Assembly (NCBI GenBank): GCA_041649755.1
Contig: JBAZMK010000001.1
Span: 66,826-130,825, forward strand
DNA length: 64,000 bases
DNA from: Candidatus Pacearchaeota archaeon
Lineage (GTDB): Archaea; Nanobdellota; Nanobdellia; Pacearchaeales; GW2011-AR1
Direction of reading: 5' to 3'
The notes beneath the pieces were generated by a model. That model was not told where the DNA came from. It worked only from the letters and a program-made list of their open reading frames with translations, and searched no databases. Positions 1 to 9,521 of the stretch are shown here, piece after piece. Within the stretch, counting starts at the first letter, position 1. Every line of letters begins with the position of its first letter. The translations under genes and the position numbers were made by a program.

Positions 1-192
1 CTTAAAAATCAGGGATGGAATTCTGAGAAAGTTAATTATATAATGAAAAAATCTTACGGCAAGAATGTTGGTTTGATTGAGATAATTCCTTTCAGCAAGA
101 TTTCTGCATTTTTGAGAAATAGAGAGGCAAAAAATAATTTAAATAATCCAAATAGAGTAGTTGAGTTTCATCCGAGAAACTTTGGGCAGTAG
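1..192 (+). CDS. 3' end of a hypothetical protein (truncated by window start)
   Basis: Frame 1 is open from base 1 to TAG at 190-192 (LKNQGWNSEKVNYIMKK...PRNFGQ). Confidence 0.55.
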   Translation, partial: LKNQGWNSEKVNYIMKKSYGKNVGLIEIIPFSKISAFLRNREAKNNLNNPNRVVEFHPRNFGQ

Positions 193-231
193 GCTAGTAA
201 ACTTTATAAAGCATTTTTTCAATAATTGTTA

Positions 232-2403
232 ATGGCTGAAGATATGACTGTAAAGGTTAAGAAACTACAAAAAGACCCGACTCACATTCGTAATATTGCT
301 ATTTGCGCCCATATTGACCATGGTAAGACTACTTTTTCTGATAATCTGTTAGCAGGGGCAGGAATGCTTTCTGCCGAACTTGCCGGTAAGCAGTGTGCAT
401 TAGACTTTCATGAAGATGAGGCGGCGAGGGGGATAACAATAGATTCTGCCAGTGTTTCGATGATTCATAAATTTGATAATGAAGACTATTTAATTAACCT
501 AATTGATACTCCTGGTCACGTAGATTTTGGAGGAGATGTTACGAGAGCTATGAGGGCGGTTGATGGTGCGATTGTTCTTTGCTGTGCAAGTGAAGGAATA
601 ATGCCTCAGACAGAAACTGTTTTAAGACAGGCTTTGAAAGAGAGAGTAAAACCAGTTTTATTTATTAACAAAGTGGACAGATTAATTAGAGAAGTAAAAC
701 TAACCCCTGAAGAGATGCAAAAGAGATTTATTGATATAATTAATAATGTTAATAAGCTCATATTAAATATTGCTGAAGAAGAATATGGTTCAAAATGGCG
801 GGTTAGTGTTAATGAGGGGAGCGTGGCTTTTGGTTCGGCGTTTCATAACTGGGCATTGAGTATTCCTTATATGAAAAAGAAAGGAATTAGCTTTAAAGAG
901 ATAATTGATGCTTACGAATCTGGGGGGGAGAATTATAAAGAACTCGCGAAAAAGGCTCCTATTCACGAAGTCGTTTTAAATATGGTTATAAGAAACCACC
1001 CTAATCCTAAAGAAGCACAGGATTATAGAATCCCTAAGATATGGCACGGAGATGCTGATAGTTCTATTGGAAAGGATTTAAGGTCTTGCAATCCTGATGG
1101 AGAGGTTGCTTTTGTCCCTATTAAAATTGTAATTGATCCCCATGCTGGGGAGGTTGCTGCGGGAAGACTATTCTCGGGAAAAATAAAACAAGGAGATGAA
1201 CTCCATATGAACATTGCTAATAGAACTGTTAGGGTCCAGCAAGTTTCGGTTTATAAAGGGGCTCAGAGAGTTCAGCTTGATGAAGTCATAGCAGGAAATA
1301 TTGTAGGAATTGTCGGCTTAAGAGATGTTGTTGTTGGAGAGACTGTCTCTAAAAATCCGATTGAGCCTTTTGATGCGATTACTCATCTTTTTGAGCCAGT
1401 TGTTACAAAATCTATTACTGCAAAGAGGACTGCAGATTTGTCTAAATTAATTGAGGTTTTAAGGCAGGTTGGAAAGGAAGACCCGAGCCTTAGAATAGAA
1501 ATCAACGAGGAAACAGGGGAGTCTCTTATGTCTGGTATGGGGGAACTTCATTTAGAGATTATTGAAAACAGAATAAAAACAGAGAAAGGATTGGAAGTTG
1601 AGATGGGTCCGCCAATTGTTGTGTTTAGGGAGTCTGTTGTTAAGAAAAGCGAGCCTGCAGAAGGAAGATCTCCTAATAAGCATAATACTTTTTACCTTAC
1701 TGTTGAACCTTTGGAAGATAAGATTTCGGAAGCAATTGCTGAGGGGAAGCTTCCTGAAGGGAGAATAAAAAAGAAAGATAAAACCTTAGACGAAACGTTA
1801 GTAAAACTTGGAATTACTAGAGAAGAAGCACAGCAGTATAGGGATATTTTTCACGGGAATGTTTTTTTAGATAAGACGAAGGGAGAGGTTCATATTGGTG
1901 AAGTAATCGAACTTGTTTTGGACTCTTTTGAGGAAGTTATGAAGGCTGGTCCTTTGGCACGGGAACCTTGTTTGAGACTAAAAGTTTCTTTGGTTGACCT
2001 TAAACTTCACGAAGATGCAATACACAGGGGTCCTGCACAGGTTTATCCTGCTATTAGGGAATCTGTTAGAGAGGCTTTCGCTAAAGCGGTCCCAGCAATT
2101 TTTGAGCCTGTTCAGGTTCATCAGATTGAAGCACCAAACAATTTTATGGGGGCTGTTACATCGCTTATTTCTTCAAAGAGAGGAAATTTAATTGATGTAA
2201 ATCAGGATGCGGCAATGGTTACTATAAAAGCAGAGATTCCTGTCCAGGAGATGATTGGCTGGACCAGTGACCTTAGAAGTGCTACTGAGGGGCGAGGGGT
2301 TTCCAGTTTAGTTAGTCAGACTTTCAAGAAACTACCTAATGAACTTCAGACAAAGATAATAAGGCAGGTCAGAGATAGGAAAGGTTTGGCAGAAAATCAG
2401 TAA
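232..2403 (+). CDS. fusA: Archaeal elongation factor 2 (aEF-2)
   Basis: AHIDHGKTT, RGITI, DTPGHVDF and NKVD GTPase motifs; diphthamide loop LHEDAIHRG. ATG at 232 follows TTTATAAA (~203-210). Confidence 0.97.
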   Translation: MAEDMTVKVKKLQKDPTHIRNIAICAHIDHGKTTFSDNLLAGAGMLSAELAGKQCALDFHEDEAARGITIDSASVSMIHKFDNEDYLINLIDTPGHVDFGGDVTRAMRAVDGAIVLCCASEGIMPQTETVLRQALKERVKPVLFINKVDRLIREVKLTPEEMQKRFIDIINNVNKLILNIAEEEYGSKWRVSVNEGSVAFGSAFHNWALSIPYMKKKGISFKEIIDAYESGGENYKELAKKAPIHEVVLNMVIRNHPNPKEAQDYRIPKIWHGDADSSIGKDLRSCNPDGEVAFVPIKIVIDPHAGEVAAGRLFSGKIKQGDELHMNIANRTVRVQQVSVYKGAQRVQLDEVIAGNIVGIVGLRDVVVGETVSKNPIEPFDAITHLFEPVVTKSITAKRTADLSKLIEVLRQVGKEDPSLRIEINEETGESLMSGMGELHLEIIENRIKTEKGLEVEMGPPIVVFRESVVKKSEPAEGRSPNKHNTFYLTVEPLEDKISEAIAEGKLPEGRIKKKDKTLDETLVKLGITREEAQQYRDIFHGNVFLDKTKGEVHIGEVIELVLDSFEEVMKAGPLAREPCLRLKVSLVDLKLHEDAIHRGPAQVYPAIRESVREAFAKAVPAIFEPVQVHQIEAPNNFMGAVTSLISSKRGNLIDVNQDAAMVTIKAEIPVQEMIGWTSDLRSATEGRGVSSLVSQTFKKLPNELQTKIIRQVRDRKGLAENQ

Positions 2404-3032
2404 CTTAATCCTTTTTTCTTTGCGCAACTTGCACAAATTAAGTGTGTATCTTCTAAAGACATATAATACCTGTTCCCTTCCTCTAAAATATCATTGAATC
2501 TTGCCCAGCCTTCTTCTACGGTTAATTCCCCTTCTACAACTTCTTCAGGTATTTTTTCGGCTTCTTCCAGAATATGTGCCCGTTTTTGCCACATCTTTGC
2601 GTGGTAGAGATTTGGTTTTGCTGAACGGGAAATTTTTGCTCCACAAAGGAAACATTTATTTTGTTTCAGAAGAAGCTCTTGCTCTCTTTCTGTCCAACGA
2701 CGCTGGAAATCTACATCTTGAATTAAGTTTTTGTAATTAGCTACTCCTCCAAATCTAAAGAACTTTAGATTAACATTTCCGTTTGGGGACAGGATTACCT
2801 CACCAATTTTTTTAGTGTATCTCCAAATAATAAATTTTTTCTCTTTTCTTGGGGTTGTTACTGGACGACCTATTCTAAAAGATTTTGAGCCAAGAATGAT
2901 TTTACCTATTTGGACGGGGACTTTCTCCCTATTTTTTTGCTTCTTCTCCCTATTTTTTTGCTTTTCTCTCCTATCTTTTTTAGAGATATAACCTGGTTCA
3001 CCTGGGAGAATATCGGGGGTTTTTATTACCAT
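2397..3032 (-). CDS. Hypothetical basic protein with CxxC...H...CxxC (HNH-like/zinc-binding) C-terminal region
   Basis: CFLC...NLYH...HLICASC pattern; Lys/Arg-rich N-terminus. Confidence 0.6.
   Translation of the reverse strand: MVIKTPDILPGEPGYISKKDRREKQKNREKKQKNREKVPVQIGKIILGSKSFRIGRPVTTPRKEKKFIIWRYTKKIGEVILSPNGNVNLKFFRFGGVANYKNLIQDVDFQRRWTEREQELLLKQNKCFLCGAKISRSAKPNLYHAKMWQKRAHILEEAEKIPEEVVEGELTVEEGWARFNDILEEGNRYYMSLEDTHLICASCAKKKGLSY
2923..2964. repeat. Two-copy 21-bp in-frame tandem repeat inside the 2397-3032 gene
   Basis: TTCTCCCTATTTTTTTGCTT(C/T) twice; encodes the KQKNREK repeat. Confidence 0.8.
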
Positions 3033-3106
3033 AATCTCACTAAGAAAAGACGGTTTAAAAAATTGTTGTTCGGAAAATATATAAATAGGGTTTATCTTGT
3101 TTGATT

Positions 3107-4573
3107 ATGGCAGGAAGAAAAGAGCAGATTGTTGGTGAGAGATTGAGAAAAATTGGTGAGTTAAAAATTTCTGGAACTAATCCTTATCCGCAGAGATTTG
3201 AGAAAAAAAATATGATTAGTGAGTGTTTTAAGATTGATAAGAAAGTTAAAACTGCCGGGAGATTAGTTAGTAAGAGAGATATTGGGAAGATTATTTTTTC
3301 AAAGATTCAGGACGAGTCGGGTTCTATTCAAGTTGTTTTGCAGGAAGGCAAGACTAAACAAGAATTTATTGATTTTTTTAAAAGTTATATAGATTTAGGA
3401 GATATTGTTGGGGTTTCAGGAAAAGTGATTAAGACAAAGACGGGGGAGATTTCAATTCTTTGCGAGAAACTTGAACTTTTGAGTAAGTCAGTTTTACCTT
3501 TGCCTGAAAAGTGGCACGGACTTCAGGAAAAAGAAGACAGATATAGGAAAAGGTATCTGGATATGATTGTTAATCCAGAAGTTTTGGAGGTTTTTAAGAA
3601 GAAAAGTGTGATTATTGATACAATTAGAGGTTATCTGAAAAAAAATAATTTTACAGAGGTTGAGACGCCGAATTTGCAGGCAATTTACGGGGGGGCGAGT
3701 GCAGAACCTTTTAGAACTCATTTGAATGCTCTTGATATGGATTTATTCCTTTCAATTTCTCCAGAACTTTATCTGAAAAGACTTATTGTCGGGGGGTTTG
3801 ATAGGGTTTTTACAATTTCAAAGAACTTTAGGAATGAAGGAATTGATGCTACTCACAATCCTGAGTTTACAATGATGGAATTTTATTGTGCTTATTCAAA
3901 TTATGAAAAACTTATGGTTATGACAGAAGAGATGCTGAAACTTATTTTTAAGAATTTGAAAATAAAGGAAGAAATTAAATCAGGAGAGAAGTTAATTAAA
4001 TTTAAGTTTCCGATAAAAAGGGTCAGGTTTTGGGATTTAATTCTTGAAAAGACGGGAATTGACCTTGAGAAAATGAGCGATTTTGATTCGCTTAAAGAAG
4101 AGATTGAAAGAAAGGGGATAAAGGGGGTTGATATTTCAGGGTGCAAACATTACGGAGCTTTGCTTGATGAACTTTATAAAAGGGTTGTAAGACCGAGCAT
4201 CGTTGAGCCTATTTTCCTTACTCATTACCCTGTTGAGATGATTGCTCTTGCGAAAAGAAATGAAGAAAATCCCAGACTCATTAATACTTTTCAATTAATT
4301 GTTGACGGGGCGGAGCTTGTTAAGGCTTATGACGAGTTGAATGACCCTTTTGACCAAGAGAAGCGTTTAAAGGAGCAGGCCGATTTGCTTTGCGAAGGCG
4401 ACAGGGAAGCAATGCCTATGGACATTGATTTTATTGAAGCTTTGAAAACGGGAATGCCTCCGACAGCAGGTTATGGTATGGGGATTGACAGAATTGCAAT
4501 TTTGCTGACCGAACAAGAGTCTATAAGAGATGTTATTCCTTTCCCTTTTATGAAGCCTGAGGTTGAAGATTGA
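3107..4573 (+). CDS. lysS: Lysyl-tRNA synthetase, class II
   Basis: N-terminal OB fold; GGASAEPF, ISPELYLKRLIVGG, FRNEGID..HNPEFTMMEFY, GMPPTAGYGMGIDR. Confidence 0.97.
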   Translation: MAGRKEQIVGERLRKIGELKISGTNPYPQRFEKKNMISECFKIDKKVKTAGRLVSKRDIGKIIFSKIQDESGSIQVVLQEGKTKQEFIDFFKSYIDLGDIVGVSGKVIKTKTGEISILCEKLELLSKSVLPLPEKWHGLQEKEDRYRKRYLDMIVNPEVLEVFKKKSVIIDTIRGYLKKNNFTEVETPNLQAIYGGASAEPFRTHLNALDMDLFLSISPELYLKRLIVGGFDRVFTISKNFRNEGIDATHNPEFTMMEFYCAYSNYEKLMVMTEEMLKLIFKNLKIKEEIKSGEKLIKFKFPIKRVRFWDLILEKTGIDLEKMSDFDSLKEEIERKGIKGVDISGCKHYGALLDELYKRVVRPSIVEPIFLTHYPVEMIALAKRNEENPRLINTFQLIVDGAELVKAYDELNDPFDQEKRLKEQADLLCEGDREAMPMDIDFIEALKTGMPPTAGYGMGIDRIAILLTEQESIRDVIPFPFMKPEVED

Positions 4574-4576
4574 AAT

Positions 4577-4738
4577 ATGGCGTTGGTGATAAAAAGTAAT
4601 ATTAGAAAGTATGTTGAGGCGAGTGTGTCTGACGAGTTTGAGAGGGAATTTGAGAGGAAAACGGAAGAGATGCTGAAAAAAGCTGAAGAACGGGCGAAGG
4701 CTAACGGGCGAAGGACTCTTTTTGCACGAGATTTATAA
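4577..4738 (+). CDS. Small histone-fold protein, 53 aa (missed by ORF track)
   Basis: My translation: MALVIKSNIRKYVEASVSDEFEREFERKTEEMLKKAEERAKANGRRTLFARDL, with the histone A..RA....R.T....D signature; starts 3 nt after the lysS stop. Confidence 0.85.
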   Translation: MALVIKSNIRKYVEASVSDEFEREFERKTEEMLKKAEERAKANGRRTLFARDL

Positions 4739-4739
4739 T

Positions 4740-5783
4740 TTAGCAGACAACTTTTCCGTTTAAAATTTGTTCTCTTAAATTATTGATTTCTTCTTCTGTT
4801 TTTTTGGCTCTACCCTTGAGTAATTGTTCTAAATCTTTTGATTCTAATTCTAATATTCTCTTTAAATCTTTGAGTTCTCTTACTATCTGTGAAATCTCTT
4901 TGCTTGTAAGATTTAGATGTGATAGGAATCTGTATCCTTTCGGCATTATGTTCTCTTCAACAGGTTTTTCAAATATGAGACGAGAAATTGATTCTAGGTC
5001 TAAAATTCCTTCAAAAGTAAGATTTTCAAGAAGATTTACAGATTTTTTCAAAGATAATATTGAATAATCTCTAAGAAGTTCACTTTTTGTTTTTTCTATT
5101 CCTCTTAGAAGTTCCCTGTATCTCATCTGCATAACATTGCCTTCTTTTCCGAGTTCTGTAAAACTTTTTTTAATTGATTCTGAGATTTTCATTATCATTT
5201 CTGTTCTTTGGAGGACCTTGCAAACATCACCTACGGAAACGAGTTTTGACATTTCAAGGATGTTGAGGGTTCCTAATTGCTCGTCGAAAATTTCCCTTTG
5301 CTTTTCAAGAATCTGAAGGGTTGAACTAATCTCCCTTATTAATTCTTCTGTTGTTTTAAGATAATACTTTGAGTTTTGGAAATAAAGAGTTGTCTTTCTT
5401 TTTCTTTCTGAGATAGCGATGACAAAAGTTTTTGCCTGTTTTGCTATCCTTTCTGCAGCTTTATGGCGTGTTCCAGTTTCGTTAGTGTGTATGGAGTTGT
5501 CGGGAGTCATTAGTACATTTGCATAGAGAATTCTCTTAAAGTCATCTGAAATTATTATCCCCCCGTCCATTTTGCATAGTTCAAAGAGTTTTTGTGCTGT
5601 AAAACGGCAGTTAATCCTGAATCCTCCCTCAAAAAGCCCTTTTTCGTGAAGTTCGGGAGAATCAAAAACAATTATTGCTCCAAGGTCAGACCTTAAAAGG
5701 TCGTCTATCACATTTCTTAGTGTTGTTCCGGGGGAAACTATCTTTATTAAATCTATGAAGTTTTTCTCTTTTTCTGCAACCAT
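4740..5783 (-). CDS. disA: DNA integrity scanning diadenylate cyclase DisA (DAC + helical linker + HhH-like C-terminus)
   Basis: SPGTTLR, LFELCKMDGGII, ETGTRHKAAER, ISERKRKTTLY, PKGYRFLS. Confidence 0.9.
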   Translation of the reverse strand: MVAEKEKNFIDLIKIVSPGTTLRNVIDDLLRSDLGAIIVFDSPELHEKGLFEGGFRINCRFTAQKLFELCKMDGGIIISDDFKRILYANVLMTPDNSIHTNETGTRHKAAERIAKQAKTFVIAISERKRKTTLYFQNSKYYLKTTEELIREISSTLQILEKQREIFDEQLGTLNILEMSKLVSVGDVCKVLQRTEMIMKISESIKKSFTELGKEGNVMQMRYRELLRGIEKTKSELLRDYSILSLKKSVNLLENLTFEGILDLESISRLIFEKPVEENIMPKGYRFLSHLNLTSKEISQIVRELKDLKRILELESKDLEQLLKGRAKKTEEEINNLREQILNGKVVC

Positions 5784-5909
5784 GGGGAAAACAAGAACAT
5801 CTACTATTTATAACTTTATGTATCTCTTCGTATTTACTGGAAAATAAGAAAATGAAATTAAGAAATATAGTATAATAATCTTTAAATAAGTTTTATTTTT
5901 AATTTTTAT

Positions 5910-6272
5910 ATGGGTTTATTCAGTCTATTAGAAAATACTTCCAGCCCTTTTGAAAGACGGAGGATTATTGAAAAGTTTTTAGAAACACAAGATTTATCAA
6001 AAATAATTCCTGCCAAATCAGGACTTTCTAAAGAGGATAGTGTTCCTTCAGAAGATCCTCCTTATCGAGGGGATGTAATAACGGTTCTTCCCTTTGCAAA
6101 AGGTGGCAGATATCGAATAAAAGAACCTATAGTAGAAGATGGTATAGTCTATGTTTTGGGTATTGTTCAGCCCCGTAGTCGGTTACTGGTAGTTGACGAA
6201 AAAGATGACCTTTATGTCTTACATAGGGAGGAGATTTATTTCCCTATCCCCTCTAATCACATTTTTATATAA
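5910..6272 (+). CDS. Hypothetical protein
   Basis: 120-aa ORF with upstream TTTAAATA; no recognised motif. Confidence 0.55.
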   Translation: MGLFSLLENTSSPFERRRIIEKFLETQDLSKIIPAKSGLSKEDSVPSEDPPYRGDVITVLPFAKGGRYRIKEPIVEDGIVYVLGIVQPRSRLLVVDEKDDLYVLHREEIYFPIPSNHIFI

Positions 6273-6307
6273 GTAAAAGTTATAAAACACCTTTTGCTTT
6301 ATTTTCT

Positions 6308-7303
6308 ATGAAATACATCTTAGGAATTGAGAGCACGGCGCATACTTTTGGAGTTGCTGTTGTGGATTTTGGGGGAAAGATTTTGTCTAATGTAAAAGAT
6401 GTTTACACGACTGAAAAGGGTGGGATGATTCCTATTGAAGTCAGAAAACATCACCAAAAAGTCTCTAAAGAATTGTACGAGCGTGCTTTGAAGGAGGCTA
6501 TGATTAACGAAGCGGATATTGAGGCTGTTGCTTTTTCTAATGCTCCGGGACTTGCACCTTGTTTGCTGGAAGGGATGAAATTTTCTAAAGATACTGCGAA
6601 AAAATTAGGTATACCTGTTGTTTGCGTCAATCATTGCATTGCCCATTTAGAAATTGGGGAGACAACTGGGGCAAAGGACCCTGTTCTGCTTTACGCGAGT
6701 GGAGCAAACACACAAGTAATTGCTTATGAGGCTGGGAAGTATAGAGTTTTTGGCGAGACTCTTGATTTAGGGGTGGGAAATTTCATTGACACTATCGCTA
6801 GATATTTGGGGTTGGGTTTTCCTGGTGGACCAAAGATACAAAAGATGGCGGAAGAATATGAAAACAAAAGTGAAATTATTGATTTGCCTTACTCTGTTAA
6901 AGGAATGGATGTCGCATTTTCGGGTTTGCAGACAAAAATCAAGAATTTAGTTGACAAAAAAGAGGATTTAAGGAAGATAGCTTATTCTATGCAGGAAACT
7001 ATTTTTGCTATGCTTGTTGAAGTTGCTGAAAGGGCTCTGGCACACACTGGGAAAAAAGAACTTCTGCTTGGGGGAGGAGTTGCTTGCAACAGCAGATTGC
7101 AAGAAATGTGCAAGAAAATGTGTGATGATAGGGGTGTGAAGTTTTTCTGTCCAAACAGAAGTTTACTTGTGGATAATGCGGGGATGATAGGGTATCTTGG
7201 ATTAAAAATGTTTAAGGAAGGGTTGTTTGAGGGAGATTTAAACAAAGCAGATATAAAACCTAGAGAAAGGACGGACGATGTTGTGGTTGGGTGGAGAGTT
7301 TAG
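6308..7303 (+). CDS. kae1: tRNA t6A threonylcarbamoyltransferase Kae1 (KEOPS)
   Basis: LGIESTAHTFG, VNHCIAHLEIG, GETLD, GGVACN, DNAGMI. Confidence 0.96.
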   Translation: MKYILGIESTAHTFGVAVVDFGGKILSNVKDVYTTEKGGMIPIEVRKHHQKVSKELYERALKEAMINEADIEAVAFSNAPGLAPCLLEGMKFSKDTAKKLGIPVVCVNHCIAHLEIGETTGAKDPVLLYASGANTQVIAYEAGKYRVFGETLDLGVGNFIDTIARYLGLGFPGGPKIQKMAEEYENKSEIIDLPYSVKGMDVAFSGLQTKIKNLVDKKEDLRKIAYSMQETIFAMLVEVAERALAHTGKKELLLGGGVACNSRLQEMCKKMCDDRGVKFFCPNRSLLVDNAGMIGYLGLKMFKEGLFEGDLNKADIKPRERTDDVVVGWRV

Positions 7304-7336
7304 ATAAGATTATAAATTGTTATTTTTTGTATTTAC

Positions 7337-7576
7337 ATGGAAGATATAATTGCTTTTAGTAGGGTTATGTTGGAAGAGCATGTAAGGCTAATTGGATTTG
7401 AAGATTTAAAATGGTGTCTTTCTGATTCTTCTTGGTGGGGGGAAGGTATTAGAGATATTCTTTATGGTAAACCTAAAAATTATAGTGGGCCCTATGAGGA
7501 TTATGTTGAACCTATTGTTGTTGAAGAAGTGGATAATAAAAAAAATCATTTGTTGTTTAGATGGATTGAAAAATAA
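7337..7576 (+). CDS. Hypothetical protein
   Basis: 79-aa ORF in an intergenic gap, with TTATAAA upstream. Confidence 0.45.
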   Translation: MEDIIAFSRVMLEEHVRLIGFEDLKWCLSDSSWWGEGIRDILYGKPKNYSGPYEDYVEPIVVEEVDNKKNHLLFRWIEK

Positions 7577-7669
7577 TCTTGAATGAATAGTTTTATAAAC
7601 TCAAATTTCTCTTTTCTTTCACCAATGATTAACTTTTGGTTATGAGGACTTTGTTCTCAATTAAATAAA

Positions 7670-7954
7670 ATGGCAGAAACATACGATATTATCGAGAAAG
7701 CGTCTAAGACTGGCAAGGTAGACAAGGGTGTGAATGAAGTTACCAAGGCGGTTGAGAGGGGGGTAGCAAAGCTTGTTGTTGTTGCAAAAGATGTTGAGCC
7801 CAAAGAACTTACTCAGCATTTGCCGATTCTTTGCAAAGAGAAAGGAATTAAATTCGCTGAAGTGGATTCCAAGGAAAAACTAGGAATTTGCGCAGGAATT
7901 AGCAGACCAACAACTGCTGTTGCTGTAATCAAAGAAGGCGACGCAAAACTCTGA
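7670..7954 (+). CDS. rpl7ae: Ribosomal protein L7Ae
   Basis: KGVNEVTKAVERG.AKLVVVAKDVEP...HLP.LC motif. Confidence 0.96.
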   Translation: MAETYDIIEKASKTGKVDKGVNEVTKAVERGVAKLVVVAKDVEPKELTQHLPILCKEKGIKFAEVDSKEKLGICAGISRPTTAVAVIKEGDAKL

Positions 7955-7969
7955 TAATTTACTAAGAGA

Positions 7970-8278
7970 ATGGCTAAAGAAAAAAAGGAAAAAGGAAAGC
8001 CTCAGCAGGAAAAGAAACAAGGGGGCTCGAAAGGTTCTGAAAAACTTACTGAAGAAGGTGCTGTTCCAGCAATTGTAGAAGCAATTTTAGGAAGAAGCGG
8101 AACAAAAGGGGAAATCACACAGGTAAAGTGTAAGATTTTACAGGGAAGAAATAGAGGAAAATCTATAAGAAGAAATGTCAGAGGTCCAGTGAGAAAGAGA
8201 GATATTTTGATGCTTAGAGAAACAGAGATTGAAGCACGAAGAATAATGAAGAAAATAAACAAAGGAGCACAGAGTTAA
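7970..8278 (+). CDS. rps28e: Ribosomal protein S28e with Lys-rich N-terminal extension
   Basis: [17 protein letters not shown]...[20 protein letters not shown]; conserved L7Ae-S28e-L24e order. Confidence 0.95.
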   Translation: MAKEKKEKGKPQQEKKQGGSKGSEKLTEEGAVPAIVEAILGRSGTKGEITQVKCKILQGRNRGKSIRRNVRGPVRKRDILMLRETEIEARRIMKKINKGAQS

Positions 8279-8279
8279 G

Positions 8280-8459
8280 ATGCCTGTTTGTTCATTTTGC
8301 AAAAAAAGTTACGAATTTCCACGAGGAACTACTGTAGTTTTAAAAGATGGGAATGTAAAATATTACTGCTCTTCAAAATGCCGAAAGAACGTCAAAATCG
8401 GAAGAGTCGCTAAGAAAGTCAAGTGGGTAAAGAAAGCTAAAAAAGAAAAAAGTAATTAA
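8280..8459 (+). CDS. rpl24e: Ribosomal protein L24e, 59 aa (missed by ORF track)
   Basis: My translation: MPVCSFCKKSYEFPRGTTVVLKDGNVKYYCSSKCRKN...KVKWV. Confidence 0.93.
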   Translation: MPVCSFCKKSYEFPRGTTVVLKDGNVKYYCSSKCRKNVKIGRVAKKVKWVKKAKKEKSN

Positions 8460-8635
8460 GAAAATCTCTCTAATCTCCCAATTACTCTCCCCCTAATGTA
8501 TACTCTATCCCCATCCGTTCTATATACCTCATTTGTTCTTGGGTTTGTCAAAGTATCTCCCCCCTTAGGGACCACATAAAAAGGTTTTCCATCTATTACT
8601 TTCCTAGTTTTTTCTGTGGTGTTTATGAGTGGCAT
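8456..8635 (-). CDS. Small hypothetical protein, 59 aa (missed by ORF track)
   Basis: MPLINTTEKTRKVIDGKPFYVV...GRVIGRLERFS; fills the gap exactly and its stop overlaps the rpl24e stop. Confidence 0.45.
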   Translation of the reverse strand: MPLINTTEKTRKVIDGKPFYVVPKGGDTLTNPRTNEVYRTDGDRVYIRGRVIGRLERFS

Positions 8636-8696
8636 TTAATATGAAAAAAAGGGTATTATTTAAATTATTGGTATAATCCTTCCTTAGTTATATCCA

Positions 8697-8906
8697 TTAA
8701 GTTTTGACTATCTTGAAACAAACATCTGGACAGATAGTGTAACAATTCCTACAACCCACACATTGTTCTGGTTCTATTAATTGGGGATAATTATAAGAAT
8801 TTTGATTTGTGTCGTTGCCCATTTCTAGAATATTATTAAGACAGTGAGATACACACAGCCCGCATCCCTTACATCTTTCTACATTAATTTCTAAAGACAC
8901 CCCCAT
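8697..8906 (-). CDS. 2x[4Fe-4S] ferredoxin
   Basis: CKGCGLCVSHC and CVGCRNCYTICP. Confidence 0.92.
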   Translation of the reverse strand: MGVSLEINVERCKGCGLCVSHCLNNILEMGNDTNQNSYNYPQLIEPEQCVGCRNCYTICPDVCFKIVKT

Positions 8907-9472
8907 TATAAACCTTCAAGGCTGACTCTTGTCAAAGGTTCCATTTTCTTGTTTCCCCACTTGTCAAAGTAAACGATATTTTCCAAATCAAGTTTTAATC
9001 TCTCTTTTGTTTTAATTTTTGTTTCTATCCCTACGGGAAAAATTCCTTCAACTGAAAGATTTTCCGGGATGTTTAAGACTTCTTTCACCTGTTCATCGTA
9101 GAAATGTCCTACCCAAGTTGTTACAAGACCCTGCTCGGTTAGTGCTAAAAGAAAGTTTTGAATAGAGGCTCCTGCTTGAAGAGAAGAATAACGGATTCCC
9201 CGCTCTCCGTATAGTTTTATCAGTTTTGAATCATCAGAAACCGCAACCACTATATATTGGGCGTTTCCAACAAATTCCTGCTGTGATGCTTCAGAAAGCT
9301 TTCCAATTTTGTATTTGTCCGAAACTAAGATAAATTTCAAAGAAAATTGATTTCCTGCACTCGGACTAAACCTTGTTAAATCAATTGCTCTTATGATTTT
9401 TCTCCAATTAGGGCTTTTATGAGAAAACCTTCTGACACTTTTTCTCTTTTTTATTGCATCGGCAAGTTGCAT
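8906..9472 (-). CDS. Nitroreductase family protein
   Basis: KRKSVRRF, SPSAGNQ, QNFLLAL..GL.T.WVG. Confidence 0.92.
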   Translation of the reverse strand: MQLADAIKKRKSVRRFSHKSPNWRKIIRAIDLTRFSPSAGNQFSLKFILVSDKYKIGKLSEASQQEFVGNAQYIVVAVSDDSKLIKLYGERGIRYSSLQAGASIQNFLLALTEQGLVTTWVGHFYDEQVKEVLNIPENLSVEGIFPVGIETKIKTKERLKLDLENIVYFDKWGNKKMEPLTRVSLEGL

Positions 9473-9521
9473 AAATATATCAAATGAGATAACTATAAAA
9501 ATGTTTTGGGATTAAACTTTT

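Noticed and set aside
2923..2964. Tandem repeat as a regulatory or contingency locus
   Set aside because: In-frame two-copy 21-mer in a low-complexity basic region; no phase-variation potential.
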